Assembly: GCA_944390125.1 (NCBI GenBank) | Contig: CALXOX010000004.1 | Location: 23,875-87,874, forward strand | Direction of reading: 5' to 3' | DNA length: 64,000 nucleotides | Source: an uncultured Alphaproteobacteria bacterium | GTDB taxonomy: Bacteria; Pseudomonadota; Alphaproteobacteria; Rs-D84 | Part shown: positions 1-9,241 of the stretch, in pieces | How positions within the stretch are numbered: position 1 is the stretch's first letter | How the letters are laid out: the number at the start of each line of letters is the position of its first letter | Notes under the pieces: generated by a model | The model's database searches: none | The model's input: the letters and a program-made list of their open reading frames with translations, nothing else | What the model was told of the DNA's origin: nothing | Position numbers and translations under genes: made by a program

Positions 1-91
1 GATTTTTCGACTTGTTTGGCATAGATGCCATACACGAAGCATCTGGTAAAACATATTCTGAATTATTGGCCATCCGGCGGGAGGTCGCGTA

Positions 92-460
92 ATGAAAGAC
101 TACGAAATGGGATATATGAAACCACCAAAATCAGGACAGTTTCGTCCTGGTCAATCGGGTAACCCCAAGGGGCGACCAAAGGGCAGTAAAAATACATACA
201 AGTTATTGGATGAAATTTTAAACGAAAAAGTTCAAATCGTTAAAAACGGCAATCCAATCAAAATACCTAAAAAGTTGGCGATGTTATTACAGGCGGCAAA
301 CAAAGCGGCCAAGGGTGACCTAAAAGCTCTTCAGATTTTAATCCCCTTGATGATAGAGGCGGATAATAAAAATGAAGAACTGGCCAAGGTCGCGGCGACC
401 ATCCGCCAGGATGACATGACCATAGTTAAACAATTTTTAAAGGATAATAAAAATGGATAA
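92..460 (+). CDS. Phage/GTA terminase small subunit-like protein (DUF5681-like, Gly/Pro/Lys-rich N-terminus)
   Basis: 122-aa ORF with N-terminal motif KPPKSGQFRPGQSGNPKGRPKGSKN typical of DUF5681/terminase small subunit-like proteins; stop overlaps start of the large terminase gene (453) by 8 nt, suggesting coupling. Confidence 0.5.
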   Translation: MKDYEMGYMKPPKSGQFRPGQSGNPKGRPKGSKNTYKLLDEILNEKVQIVKNGNPIKIPKKLAMLLQAANKAAKGDLKALQILIPLMIEADNKNEELAKVAATIRQDDMTIVKQFLKDNKNG

Positions 461-1889
461 AAATATATTTAACGCAATATTGCGTACGGATTTTAAGTCT
501 TTTGTCATAAAGGTGTTCAATGAGGTATCGCCCGGCTCAACATATATGGATAACTGGCATATAGACGTTATCTGTGATGCCGTTATGAATATGTATGATG
601 GCGAAAATCGACGTTTAATAATAAATATGCCACCGCGATATATGAAAAGTATAATTTGTTCGGTTGCGTTGCCTGCATGGCTGTTGGGACACAATCCCAA
701 ACTAAACATAGGATGCGTCAGTTATAACGATGAATTGGCGGCTAAATTTGCCAATAATTGCCGCGATGTTATGCAATCCGATTGGTATCGCGATTTGTTT
801 CCGATGACGCGCCTGCACCCGTCAAGACAGGCTATAAATGACTTTGAAACCACCCATGGTGGTGGCCGAATGTCCACTTCAATTGGCGGTACATTTACGG
901 GACGTGGGGTCGATTGGCTGATAATCGATGATCCGCAAAAGGCCTCGGATGCGAATTCAGAGGTTGCACGAACGAAACTAAACGATTGGTTCGGTACAAC
1001 CGCATATTCGCGCCTTAATGACAAGGCAACAGGAAAGATTTTGCTGGTTATGCAACGTTTGCACCAAGATGACCTGACCGGGCATTTATTGGATACCAAT
1101 TCAGGGTTTAATGTTATAAAACTCCCTGTTATTGCGACCGAGGATGAGACTTGGATAATTAAAAATCGAATTTTCGGTATAACACAGACAATCATTCGCG
1201 AACAAGGTGAACTGTTGCATCCTGTGCGTGAGAATACGCAAATTGTGGCGGAAATAAAGGAATCTATGGGAGAGTATGCATTTGTTGCACAATATCAGCA
1301 AGATCCATGCCCGCCAGAAGGCGGAATTGTCAAAGAGTCGTGGCTGAAATATTATGAGGATGCTGCCATAAATTCGCGACTTCAACCGAAGCACGTGTTT
1401 ATCAGTTGGGATACAGCTAATAAGACGGGTGATAATAACGCGTATTCTGTTGGGTGTGTAATTCTTATGACAAACAACTATAAATTTTACCTAATAGATA
1501 TAATTAGAGGGAAATGGGATACGCCGCAATTATTTGATAAAATAATAGAGGTATATAATGAATATAAATATAACCAACAGGCCGGCAATTATGTGAAATT
1601 GTTGATAGAGGACAAGGCTAGTGGCGAGTTCCTTATCCCGATGTTAGGTAAGGCACGTGATCGTGTCGGTCGGCGGATAGAGGTTGTACCCATTAAACCC
1701 ACGATAGATAAAATATCTCGCGCAAAGGCATTAGGTGTTATGATTGAAAAAGGGAATTTGCTATTTCCACAAAAAGATGAAGCCTGGTGGCAAAATTGTA
1801 AAAAGGAACTACTGGGGTTCCCAAATACAAAATATAAAGATCAGGTTGATGCCATGTCACAGTGTATAAACTATGCTATGCAACAATAA
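453..1889 (+). CDS. Phage terminase large subunit (Terminase_6/GTA-like): ATPase + RNaseH-like nuclease
   Basis: 478 aa; ATPase region (MPPRYMKS Walker A-like, LIIDDP Walker B), C-terminal nuclease with acidic residues (WDTANKTGDNNAYSVG ... KDQVDAMSQ); no portal/capsid genes follow, only an oppositely oriented lipoprotein gene. Confidence 0.8.
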   Translation: MDKNIFNAILRTDFKSFVIKVFNEVSPGSTYMDNWHIDVICDAVMNMYDGENRRLIINMPPRYMKSIICSVALPAWLLGHNPKLNIGCVSYNDELAAKFANNCRDVMQSDWYRDLFPMTRLHPSRQAINDFETTHGGGRMSTSIGGTFTGRGVDWLIIDDPQKASDANSEVARTKLNDWFGTTAYSRLNDKATGKILLVMQRLHQDDLTGHLLDTNSGFNVIKLPVIATEDETWIIKNRIFGITQTIIREQGELLHPVRENTQIVAEIKESMGEYAFVAQYQQDPCPPEGGIVKESWLKYYEDAAINSRLQPKHVFISWDTANKTGDNNAYSVGCVILMTNNYKFYLIDIIRGKWDTPQLFDKIIEVYNEYKYNQQAGNYVKLLIEDKASGEFLIPMLGKARDRVGRRIEVVPIKPTIDKISRAKALGVMIEKGNLLFPQKDEAWWQNCKKELLGFPNTKYKDQVDAMSQCINYAMQQ

Positions 1890-1920
1890 ACTCAACGCCC
1901 CATTTGGGGCGTTGTAAATA

Positions 1921-2343
1921 TCAATCTTCTTTCTGTTCAACGATACAATCCCTTTCCCATGAAAAACATTCTTGTTTTTGAATATCTTTTTTGGCGCAAT
2001 CCCCATAATACACAGGAACGGTTCTTTGGGCACTTGTCGCCGTTGTAAATGAGAATGATTTACGTGTATTCTCCAAAATTCCAGACCATACATAGTATTG
2101 GCCATCAACCCATTCATTCTCGTATTTACAATTCTCCAGAATCAATTTAACACTGTATACAACACCCCATTTTTCTCCTTGTGGTCCCAGATAGCCAACA
2201 TTCGCCAATGCAACTTTTTTTGTGCCTGACTGGTCAAGCACCTGATGAACATAAGCCCAATGTTTGACCTCTACATCTCTGGTTCCTGTGGTACAAGAGG
2301 TTAAGCTCAATAATCCTAATATAAAAAATGATACTTTTTTCAT
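1921..2343 (-). CDS. Putative lipoprotein
   Basis: MKKVSFFILGLLSLTSCTTG: signal peptide with lipobox (LTSC). Confidence 0.5.
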   Translation of the reverse strand: MKKVSFFILGLLSLTSCTTGTRDVEVKHWAYVHQVLDQSGTKKVALANVGYLGPQGEKWGVVYSVKLILENCKYENEWVDGQYYVWSGILENTRKSFSFTTATSAQRTVPVYYGDCAKKDIQKQECFSWERDCIVEQKED

Positions 2344-2347
2344 TTTG

Positions 2348-3031
2348 CTACTCCTTTGGTGGTATTTTGACTAATAAAAATTTGAACAGGCCGTTTTGTG
2401 CAGGCATCTCATAGAAATCCTGCCAAGTAAATTCATAGTTGTTCCTGATATCCAAATTTGGACGCGTTTTTAGCAATTTTTCTGGATTTGTGCAGTTGGC
2501 TAAATTCCAGTTATATTCCCCTTTGTATTTGGCTCCGGGGCTTATGCGAAATACATATGCCTGAGTTTTTATATTGCATTTGCCGTTCCAATAATATTTG
2601 TCATTGGCGATGCATATAAAGATACCACTGTGGGCAAAGCCACTATTTACCAATTTCTCTATACGCGATATGTCTTTCCAACAGTCATAACAGCCTTCGT
2701 CTTCGGCGCCTTGCGGTTTTAATATATCTCTTACTGGAATGCCGGTATCCTCATATTCTGCTTCAGAGTCTATTCTGTCGGTCTTGTACTTCAACTCAAT
2801 GGGGAATCTTTGACCATCGGCAACAATCAGAATATCAATATAAATCATCCGCCACTGCGTATCGTAAATACGTACTGGAAATTCGCGGTATATTTTAACG
2901 TCTGGGCGATCTTGAAATACCTGCATCAGTTCCCAGGTAAAAGATGCCTGAAAATCCGCCTCTGATACAAAAAAGCGATGTTTTTGCTTCAGGTTTATAA
3001 ATGCCGAAACAATAGATTTTGTAATATCCAC
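2348..3031 (-). CDS. Hypothetical protein with PD-(D/E)xK nuclease-like motif
   Basis: 227 aa; motif YIDILIVADGQRFPIELKYK gives D...E-x-K spacing typical of the restriction-endonuclease fold; no other recognisable domain. Confidence 0.35.
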   Translation of the reverse strand: MDITKSIVSAFINLKQKHRFFVSEADFQASFTWELMQVFQDRPDVKIYREFPVRIYDTQWRMIYIDILIVADGQRFPIELKYKTDRIDSEAEYEDTGIPVRDILKPQGAEDEGCYDCWKDISRIEKLVNSGFAHSGIFICIANDKYYWNGKCNIKTQAYVFRISPGAKYKGEYNWNLANCTNPEKLLKTRPNLDIRNNYEFTWQDFYEMPAQNGLFKFLLVKIPPKE

Positions 3032-3049
3032 ACCAATTCCCTGTTTTTA

Positions 3050-3270
3050 TAAATTAATGACCGTCAACGGAATTGACGGCCGGGGAGTTGGTGTCAGCAA
3101 ACGAATGCTCCGTGCTTTCGGGCAAGCCCTGTTGTATAGCGAACGGCTCCCCGACCACAGTCGGGGGATTTTAACGACAAATTTGTGCCGCGTCTGCGGG
3201 CCACCACAGCCCCGAACCCAATTCCCATTGGATTCAGAGAAAAGTGTACCGCTAGAAACAAAGTAAATCA
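3050..3270. ncRNA. GC-rich (~58% GC) structured element of unknown class in an AT-rich intergenic region; candidate non-coding RNA
   Basis: Perfect hairpin ccgtcaa-cggaa-ttgacgg, 7-bp closing helix cggggag...ctccccg, repeated accacag motif flanking tcggggg...ccccga helix. Only short overlapping ORFs on both strands (69/74 aa) with odd composition. No tRNA T-loop, RNase P P4, SRP domain IV or B12-box motifs found. Confidence 0.3.
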
Positions 3271-3311
3271 AGTTGATTTATTGTAATATGTTATGGATTT
3301 GATGTTATCAT

Positions 3312-4049
3312 ATGTTTATACTTAATAAGTATAGCATAAGGAACAAAATGTCATTTGATAACTGTGATTGTCAAAATAATGTTGCGTCTATGACGGATTT
3401 TTTTAGTGGACTAGACCCAGTAAAAAAGAAAATCTGTGAAATACTAAAAACTTTTAGTAATGACGCAGAAGATGCATACAAAGCTGCGATTTACATCTGG
3501 CAAATCCCTGATTTTCCGGCAAAGCAATCTATTGTTGCTCATTGTCTAGTAAATGTGATGGATGCAATAAATGAATATTCTGAAGATATTTTAAAAGGGC
3601 AATTATTTGACGCATTAAAAACTGTAGATTTTGTGAAAGAATCGGAAAAAACGGACTCAGACATTAACAAAATAATAACGTCTTTATGGAACCAAGGACT
3701 AAAAAAACTATATGATGAAAAAGTTAAAATGCGCGCGCTTTATATGGATAGAAATCCAACATTTGAACGTATGATGAAAGATGAAACTGTGGTGCAAGAA
3801 AAGAAACAGCAGATAAAACGGGAATTTGAAAAGAAAGCAGAAAAAATAAATTTTGCCAAGAGGGGGGATAATAGTTTAAATTCTTGTAGGCATTTGAATA
3901 TAAAATTTCATAAAATATCAGATTCTGAATTTGGCAATCATATAAGCAATATAGAAAACTATATTTTAGAATTAGATAATCCGCTATATCTTGAAAAAAA
4001 GGAAGTCTTGGATGGGATACTGGAAAGCGCCAACACAAAATCAGATTGA
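3312..4049 (+). CDS. Hypothetical protein (245 aa); possible start at MSFDNCD (3348)
   Basis: ORF with no recognisable motif; 3' end overlaps the start of the next ORF by 38-59 nt, suggesting an operon. Confidence 0.4.
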   Translation: MFILNKYSIRNKMSFDNCDCQNNVASMTDFFSGLDPVKKKICEILKTFSNDAEDAYKAAIYIWQIPDFPAKQSIVAHCLVNVMDAINEYSEDILKGQLFDALKTVDFVKESEKTDSDINKIITSLWNQGLKKLYDEKVKMRALYMDRNPTFERMMKDETVVQEKKQQIKREFEKKAEKINFAKRGDNSLNSCRHLNIKFHKISDSEFGNHISNIENYILELDNPLYLEKKEVLDGILESANTKSD

Positions 4050-6891
4050 TTTAGTTCTTAAGCATATTCAAGGAAATCTTAAGGCACAATTTTTTGCAAA
4101 ATTGGAAAATCCTTTATGGTTTGAAGAACTAAAAAAATACGAAGGATTGCTCTGGTATGAAACTATCCCAGGAAATGGTGACACTGACGATAGCTATTCG
4201 TGGCCAGCACTACCATATCTGATAAGAACTGCTTCAGAGAAACCAGTAGACATATACAATTTCTTACAGCCTTTAATAGATAAAATAAATGCGTGTACTA
4301 TTGAATCTTTTTGGTTCGCTCAAATGCTTGTTTTTTCAATTGCACCAAAGATGCCCGATGAACAATTTGTGACAATTATATCTGCTTTTGTATCATATAT
4401 GGAACAAATAAAATATATAGGGTGGTTCGATTATAGAGAATTGCCTATAGTGTTTGAAAGACTAAAAGGGATTGAACCGAAATTAGCGGATAAACTTGCT
4501 CATAATTTGCTGTGCGTTCATCTGGAAAAGTGGGGTGAACATGGCCTCTTAAATATTGTATCAAAATACGGAACAAATAATAGTTATAGATACAATGAAA
4601 TATTGAATTTAATGGAAAAGCTGTATGATAATGACTCAATTAAATTGTTTGATATTTTAATTCAAGTAATCAGTCATGACTTATATAAGGGCGTTTTGGA
4701 CGAAGACAGGAATAGGCATGAATATTGTGGGTATATTTATCGTCCTGCCATTGAAGATCACGCACAAAACCACTTCAATTATGAATTGGAAGACAATATC
4801 ATTAATATGATTAGAAATCTGGCGATGGAAATTCTGCATAAAGAACCAGAACAGATTGATTATGTTTTTAATAAGTTAGAGAGTTCTAATAGGCTGCTGC
4901 TAATTCGTGTCGCATTATATCTATTATCTAATTTAAATGATTTTGATGAAGCATTATTGTCAAAATATCTAACAAATTACGAATTTTTTGACGAATTAAA
5001 CTATCATCATGAATATTTTCATTTAATAAAAAATAAATTTAGTAAACTTTTGCCGGAACACCAAGAGCGTATACTCACTTATATAAAAAATGGGCCGATG
5101 GATGAATACTATAATATGGATGAGAAAAATTTTACTGCAGCAGACAAGCAAAAACGGTGGAAGTTTAATAAGTTGGTTCCAATTTTAGACCAATTGACTG
5201 ACGAACAGAAAGAGCCTTTTGTCAGTGTGCTTTTTGATGCGGACGGAAAGCCTTTGGAACCGGAAATCCACCCAGATTTTTTAAGTTGGATGGGAGATTT
5301 TAAGCCTGTTGTTCATAAATCTCCAGTTAACACAGAAGATATTAAAGATATGTCCATTGAGGAAATTGTTACTATTATGCAGAGCTGGCAACCGGTTAAA
5401 GATAACTGGATAAATGGAACTAGTCGACCAGGCTTAGCCAATACTATACAAGAAGATATTAAACAAAACCCTAAAAAATATATTCTGGAGCTAGAGGCTT
5501 TCCAATCTATATCTGAACCGACATATGTGCGTGCGATTATTCGCGGAATTTTGGAGTCTGGTATCAAAGAAGATGAAGATTGGATTAAACTTATAAAGTT
5601 TTGTGAGACAATTTTAATTCATGATGAAAATTTTGAAGGTCGCGATCCATTCCATGATGGTGATGATAGTTGGTATTGGGCAAAACAGGAAGTCGTGTCG
5701 GTTTTTAGTGCGGCTTTTCGTGAAAAAAATAATTTGTCTGGGGTTGATAGCGCCTTTCTTGAAGGTGTATATAAGGCTCTTAAAATGCTTGTTGAAGCTC
5801 AGGATGAAAATTTAGAGAAAAAAAGAACGGAAAATATCCCAGATCGTTTGCACACAGCAATAAATTCTCTGCATGGCCAAGCTGTGGAAGCCTTATTGAT
5901 ATATGTCTTATGGTTAAAAAATAATGATAAACCAAGAGAGCAAATTTTCCCTCTTTTGACCAAATTAGCATCAGAATCTCGCTATTTGGAAACGTTTGCA
6001 ATAATAGCGCGAATGATTTCATATATGGACTATGCTATTCCAGAGTGGGTTGTAGCTAATATTAATAACATATTTCCTACGGAGATAGGAAAAGAAGAGA
6101 TATTTAAAGCAACATGGCATGCATTTATTTTATATGGTCGGCAGTGTAAGTCTCTGTTTAAATTGTTAGAAACTAAATTTGCTTATGCTTTGAGTGCCGA
6201 TTGGTGGGATGCGGATGAAGGCAAACGGATTAGAGAGCGTACAGCCCAAGGGCTGGCATATTATTATGGGTGGGGAGCATTTGCGTTAGATTCTATTTTA
6301 GTGGAGTTGATCTTTAATTCGACAGATAAACAGATAGAACAAGTAGCCTTTATCAATTATATCGGTTTTTCGCTATGGGATAGAGATGGCCGAGGGGATG
6401 AGATTTCTAAGGATGTCTTGGCTCGTTTTATGAATTTGTGGGAATGGTTCATTGAAAAAATAAAAGATCATAGAGCTGATTATAAAAAAGTATTAGTCGA
6501 ATTTGAACGTTGGTATCAATGTGGAAGGTTCAAGGACGGTGGATGGGGAATAAATCAATTACATAGCTTGGTTATGGATGATGAACTTAAATTGACCATG
6601 TCATGTTTTATGTTAGAGGATAATTTATTGGAAGATTTGCCGCAATCTCCAAGGAAGGTATTTGATATTATTTCGCGTCTCGTATTGCGTGGGGATAGAT
6701 CTGATACCTTTAGCAGAAATGACATTGTAGAAAAAACATTGGAATTTATAAAAAATAATGATTTTCCAGATGATATGTTGTTAAAAAGTGACAAAGATTC
6801 TTTTATAAATAAAATGCTGGAACAATCTGAGGCTTGGGAGCTAGAGCAAAAAGAAGAGAGTTTTAATAGATACCTAGAAAATAGATATTGA
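3991..6891 (+). CDS. Large hypothetical protein (966 aa, predicted alpha-helical; no recognised catalytic motif)
   Basis: Long uninterrupted ORF with AT-rich codon usage consistent with the genome. Overlaps upstream ORF (alternative start ATG at 4012). No Walker, DEAD, HxD or nuclease motifs seen. Confidence 0.5.
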   Translation: MKKRKSWMGYWKAPTQNQIDLVLKHIQGNLKAQFFAKLENPLWFEELKKYEGLLWYETIPGNGDTDDSYSWPALPYLIRTASEKPVDIYNFLQPLIDKINACTIESFWFAQMLVFSIAPKMPDEQFVTIISAFVSYMEQIKYIGWFDYRELPIVFERLKGIEPKLADKLAHNLLCVHLEKWGEHGLLNIVSKYGTNNSYRYNEILNLMEKLYDNDSIKLFDILIQVISHDLYKGVLDEDRNRHEYCGYIYRPAIEDHAQNHFNYELEDNIINMIRNLAMEILHKEPEQIDYVFNKLESSNRLLLIRVALYLLSNLNDFDEALLSKYLTNYEFFDELNYHHEYFHLIKNKFSKLLPEHQERILTYIKNGPMDEYYNMDEKNFTAADKQKRWKFNKLVPILDQLTDEQKEPFVSVLFDADGKPLEPEIHPDFLSWMGDFKPVVHKSPVNTEDIKDMSIEEIVTIMQSWQPVKDNWINGTSRPGLANTIQEDIKQNPKKYILELEAFQSISEPTYVRAIIRGILESGIKEDEDWIKLIKFCETILIHDENFEGRDPFHDGDDSWYWAKQEVVSVFSAAFREKNNLSGVDSAFLEGVYKALKMLVEAQDENLEKKRTENIPDRLHTAINSLHGQAVEALLIYVLWLKNNDKPREQIFPLLTKLASESRYLETFAIIARMISYMDYAIPEWVVANINNIFPTEIGKEEIFKATWHAFILYGRQCKSLFKLLETKFAYALSADWWDADEGKRIRERTAQGLAYYYGWGAFALDSILVELIFNSTDKQIEQVAFINYIGFSLWDRDGRGDEISKDVLARFMNLWEWFIEKIKDHRADYKKVLVEFERWYQCGRFKDGGWGINQLHSLVMDDELKLTMSCFMLEDNLLEDLPQSPRKVFDIISRLVLRGDRSDTFSRNDIVEKTLEFIKNNDFPDDMLLKSDKDSFINKMLEQSEAWELEQKEESFNRYLENRY

Positions 6892-6918
6892 TATAACAAA
6901 ATATATTTATTTTATGTC

Positions 6919-7680
6919 TTACTCTGAATCTTGTTGTGTAATTTGTTGTAGCATGCGAATCAGCGTTCTAGATGTTATAAAACGTACGCATTTTTCATCG
7001 TCTGAAGCTCGTATTATCATACCAAGAACATCATTGTTATCGTCTAATACTGCCCCGCCACTGTATCCATTGAATGTAGCATGGCAATCATTTTGCTCAA
7101 AACTTAGTAAGCCTTGTTCTAATTCAAGTTCTTCTACATTTTCTGATTTGATTTTTATTAAGCACAAATAACGAGAAGATAATCGGATTATCTTATTTTC
7201 TTTGTCCATCTCTGCATCGGGGTATCCATATATTTTGTATTTGCTCCCTATTCTTAGAGGTTGAGTTGATAAGTTTAATGCCTCTATTCCCGATAATGAA
7301 GTGCCTTTATTATTCTTTAGTCTTTCTTCGTCTATACAAAGGAATAAGATATCAAATATTTTACCAACATTTTTTTCAATTGCTCGATGAACAAAATTTA
7401 TAGGAATTCGCCAGCAGTTAGGCGCTCCAGTAAAACCAAAAGAACAATTTTCTTCTATAACAGATTTTATCATGTCGTGCGATATATTGTTGTCATCAAT
7501 TATTCCGATTTTTGCGTAGCGATGTTTTATAATATTGCGAATGCAATGCCAGGCAGTTACAATAAATCTGGTTCCATTATAATGTAATAAATATGCTGTT
7601 CCACGAGTTTCATGAACCCAGCCATCACCATTTTCTAATGCTATAGGAAAAATAGATTTTAGAAGTATATTATCATTCAT
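6919..7680 (-). CDS. Trypsin-like (S1 family) serine protease
   Basis: 253 aa; His motif TAWHC, Ser motif GYSGGAV (GDSGG-like), cytoplasmic (no signal peptide). Start 20 nt downstream of the DUF488 gene stop on the same strand. Confidence 0.6.
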   Translation of the reverse strand: MNDNILLKSIFPIALENGDGWVHETRGTAYLLHYNGTRFIVTAWHCIRNIIKHRYAKIGIIDDNNISHDMIKSVIEENCSFGFTGAPNCWRIPINFVHRAIEKNVGKIFDILFLCIDEERLKNNKGTSLSGIEALNLSTQPLRIGSKYKIYGYPDAEMDKENKIIRLSSRYLCLIKIKSENVEELELEQGLLSFEQNDCHATFNGYSGGAVLDDNNDVLGMIIRASDDEKCVRFITSRTLIRMLQQITQQDSE

Positions 7681-7700
7681 TTTATTGCTCTATCAAATAA

Positions 7701-8126
7701 TTATAGATGTACAATCTCAATATCCGGGAATTGCTCTGCGATGTATTCAGCGGCGAGGCGGCGGTGGCATTGCATGGCGGACTTTTCCATGCATAACAGG
7801 CAGACGCGGTCAATGTTGTCGGGTGTCAATCCGGCGGTTGGGTGGCGCGTGGCCAGTAATTCACGATACATACGCTCATAATCGGGCCAGGTGATTTTGC
7901 CGTTTTTATATCCAGCCAGTATTTCCGCCGTTGGTGCAAATTCGGGGTGATGTTCATAACGCGTGCCCAGTGCTGCGACCAGTTTTTCGCCACTGTAAAA
8001 TGGCACATAGGTACTGGTGCGCCACAGGCGCACATCCCATACGGTACGGATGCGCACCGCATTCAGAACATCCATAAATGCATCTGGGCTCTTGCCGCTA
8101 AAACCGATTGTAAATATCTTTGCCAT
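7701..8126 (-). CDS. DUF488 family protein (copy 1)
   Basis: 141 aa; N-terminal IFTIGFSGK and C-terminal CLLCxEKSAxQCHRRL motifs characteristic of DUF488; ~75% aa identity with 21886..22311. Confidence 0.6.
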   Translation of the reverse strand: MAKIFTIGFSGKSPDAFMDVLNAVRIRTVWDVRLWRTSTYVPFYSGEKLVAALGTRYEHHPEFAPTAEILAGYKNGKITWPDYERMYRELLATRHPTAGLTPDNIDRVCLLCMEKSAMQCHRRLAAEYIAEQFPDIEIVHL

Positions 8127-8127
8127 A

Positions 8128-8778
8128 TCAATATAAAAATAGTCCGTTTAGCATCAAATAGCAATGATTTTCCTGCATCAGGAACTTTCGTGCCAATCCT
8201 ATACGACAATGGGCATATTGACTAGCCGCAATAGCATTGTTTAGGGTCGCGACATCTTTATCTTTTTCAAATATATCGCGCAAGTATTTGCAACTGACCT
8301 TTAATTCATAGGTTTGGTTTGAAAAATCCGTGATACGGGCACGTAATTTGCCGTCTTCTGTAAAGAATTCAATATTGTGTGCCGGAATCAATATGGCACC
8401 CAACGAAGGGCATTTGGTTTTCTGTGGTACATAGGCGTTTTCCTTGACGTGATGATGAAATATGCCCTGTATATCTTTTGAAACGCTATTGTGCAAAGCA
8501 TTGGCCAGCTCTTTTCCTGGCTCAAATTCTTGCAAAACCTCGATGGAGTCAAAGTCTATATTTACGTCCTCGGTTCGGTGGGGATAGTCACGCGGTTCTT
8601 TGAAATCCTCGTTATCGACGAGTATTTCGCAATATGTGGTCGGAATCTGACTGGCATCCCAGTATCCGCCGTCCAACATCAGGCGTTTCATACGTTTTTC
8701 ATAGGTGTCAAATCCGGCAATACAAAATTTTTCTTTCATACATGTTATGTCAGAGATAATGATATTCGATTTTTTCAT
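8128..8778 (-). CDS. Hypothetical protein (216 aa), partner of DUF488 (copy 1)
   Basis: Stop/start 1-nt gap with DUF488 gene; ~85% identical to 22313..22963; no recognisable domain. Confidence 0.5.
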   Translation of the reverse strand: MKKSNIIISDITCMKEKFCIAGFDTYEKRMKRLMLDGGYWDASQIPTTYCEILVDNEDFKEPRDYPHRTEDVNIDFDSIEVLQEFEPGKELANALHNSVSKDIQGIFHHHVKENAYVPQKTKCPSLGAILIPAHNIEFFTEDGKLRARITDFSNQTYELKVSCKYLRDIFEKDKDVATLNNAIAASQYAHCRIGLARKFLMQENHCYLMLNGLFLY

Positions 8779-9241
8779 GTAATTCCTTTTGGGTAATAAA
8801 AATCCCCACCGAGAACGGCGGGGTAAATAAAAAAAACGGCGATAACATCACCTGCTCAAATCGCTAAGTATTATATCAAAAATGGGCTAAAAAATCAATA
8901 AAAAAGATAATTTGCGAAATAAATTCCCTGTTATTTGTTTAGGGAATGTTTGGCGAGAACTGGGGAATGCACATCCTGCGCGTGGAGCAAAAGTGGTTTT
9001 TGTTCAAAAATGGCGAGAATTTCCCTGTAAATTCCCTGTTGTATGTAATAAACCGTAGAATCTTGCCACACCGCCAGGAATAATCAAAACCCCACAAAAT
9101 CCTTGTGGGGTTTGTTTTTGCCCCACTTTCCGGGACTTTTTTAATCTTGTATTACCACTGTATGTCTTATCATACCTTAAATATCCCATTTTCCGCATCC
9201 TAACATACTTTGGCATTTTTCGGACCTGCACAAGTATAGTA

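Larger units (their letters stand above)
7685..9140. repeat. Direct repeat copy 1 (~1.45 kb): 216-aa gene + DUF488 gene + upstream non-coding segment with conserved hairpin
   Basis: Nucleotide homology (~85-90%) to 21875..23215, starting exactly at the DUF488 stop codon and ending after the conserved hairpin aaaaccccacaaaatccttgtggggttt (9080-9110). Confidence 0.75.

Noticed and set aside
3047-3271. 69-aa (+) and 74-aa (-) ORFs covering the GC-rich element
   Set aside because: Mutually overlapping over their whole length, Arg/Pro/Gly-rich because of GC content, no RBS. More consistent with a structured non-coding region than with proteins.
7826-8796. Antisense ORFs within the DUF488/216-aa genes (7826..8062, 7947..8225, 8491..8796; also 21825..22229, 22027..22482, 22715..22954 in copy 2)
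   Set aside because: Embedded in opposite-strand genes whose products are conserved between the two repeat copies at protein level. Conservation follows the minus-strand frame.
9004-9231. 75-aa minus-strand ORF spanning the conserved hairpin downstream of repeat copy 1
   Set aside because: Covers a terminator-like hairpin conserved at nucleotide level in both copies, while the translated sequence is not conserved between copies; basic low-complexity product.
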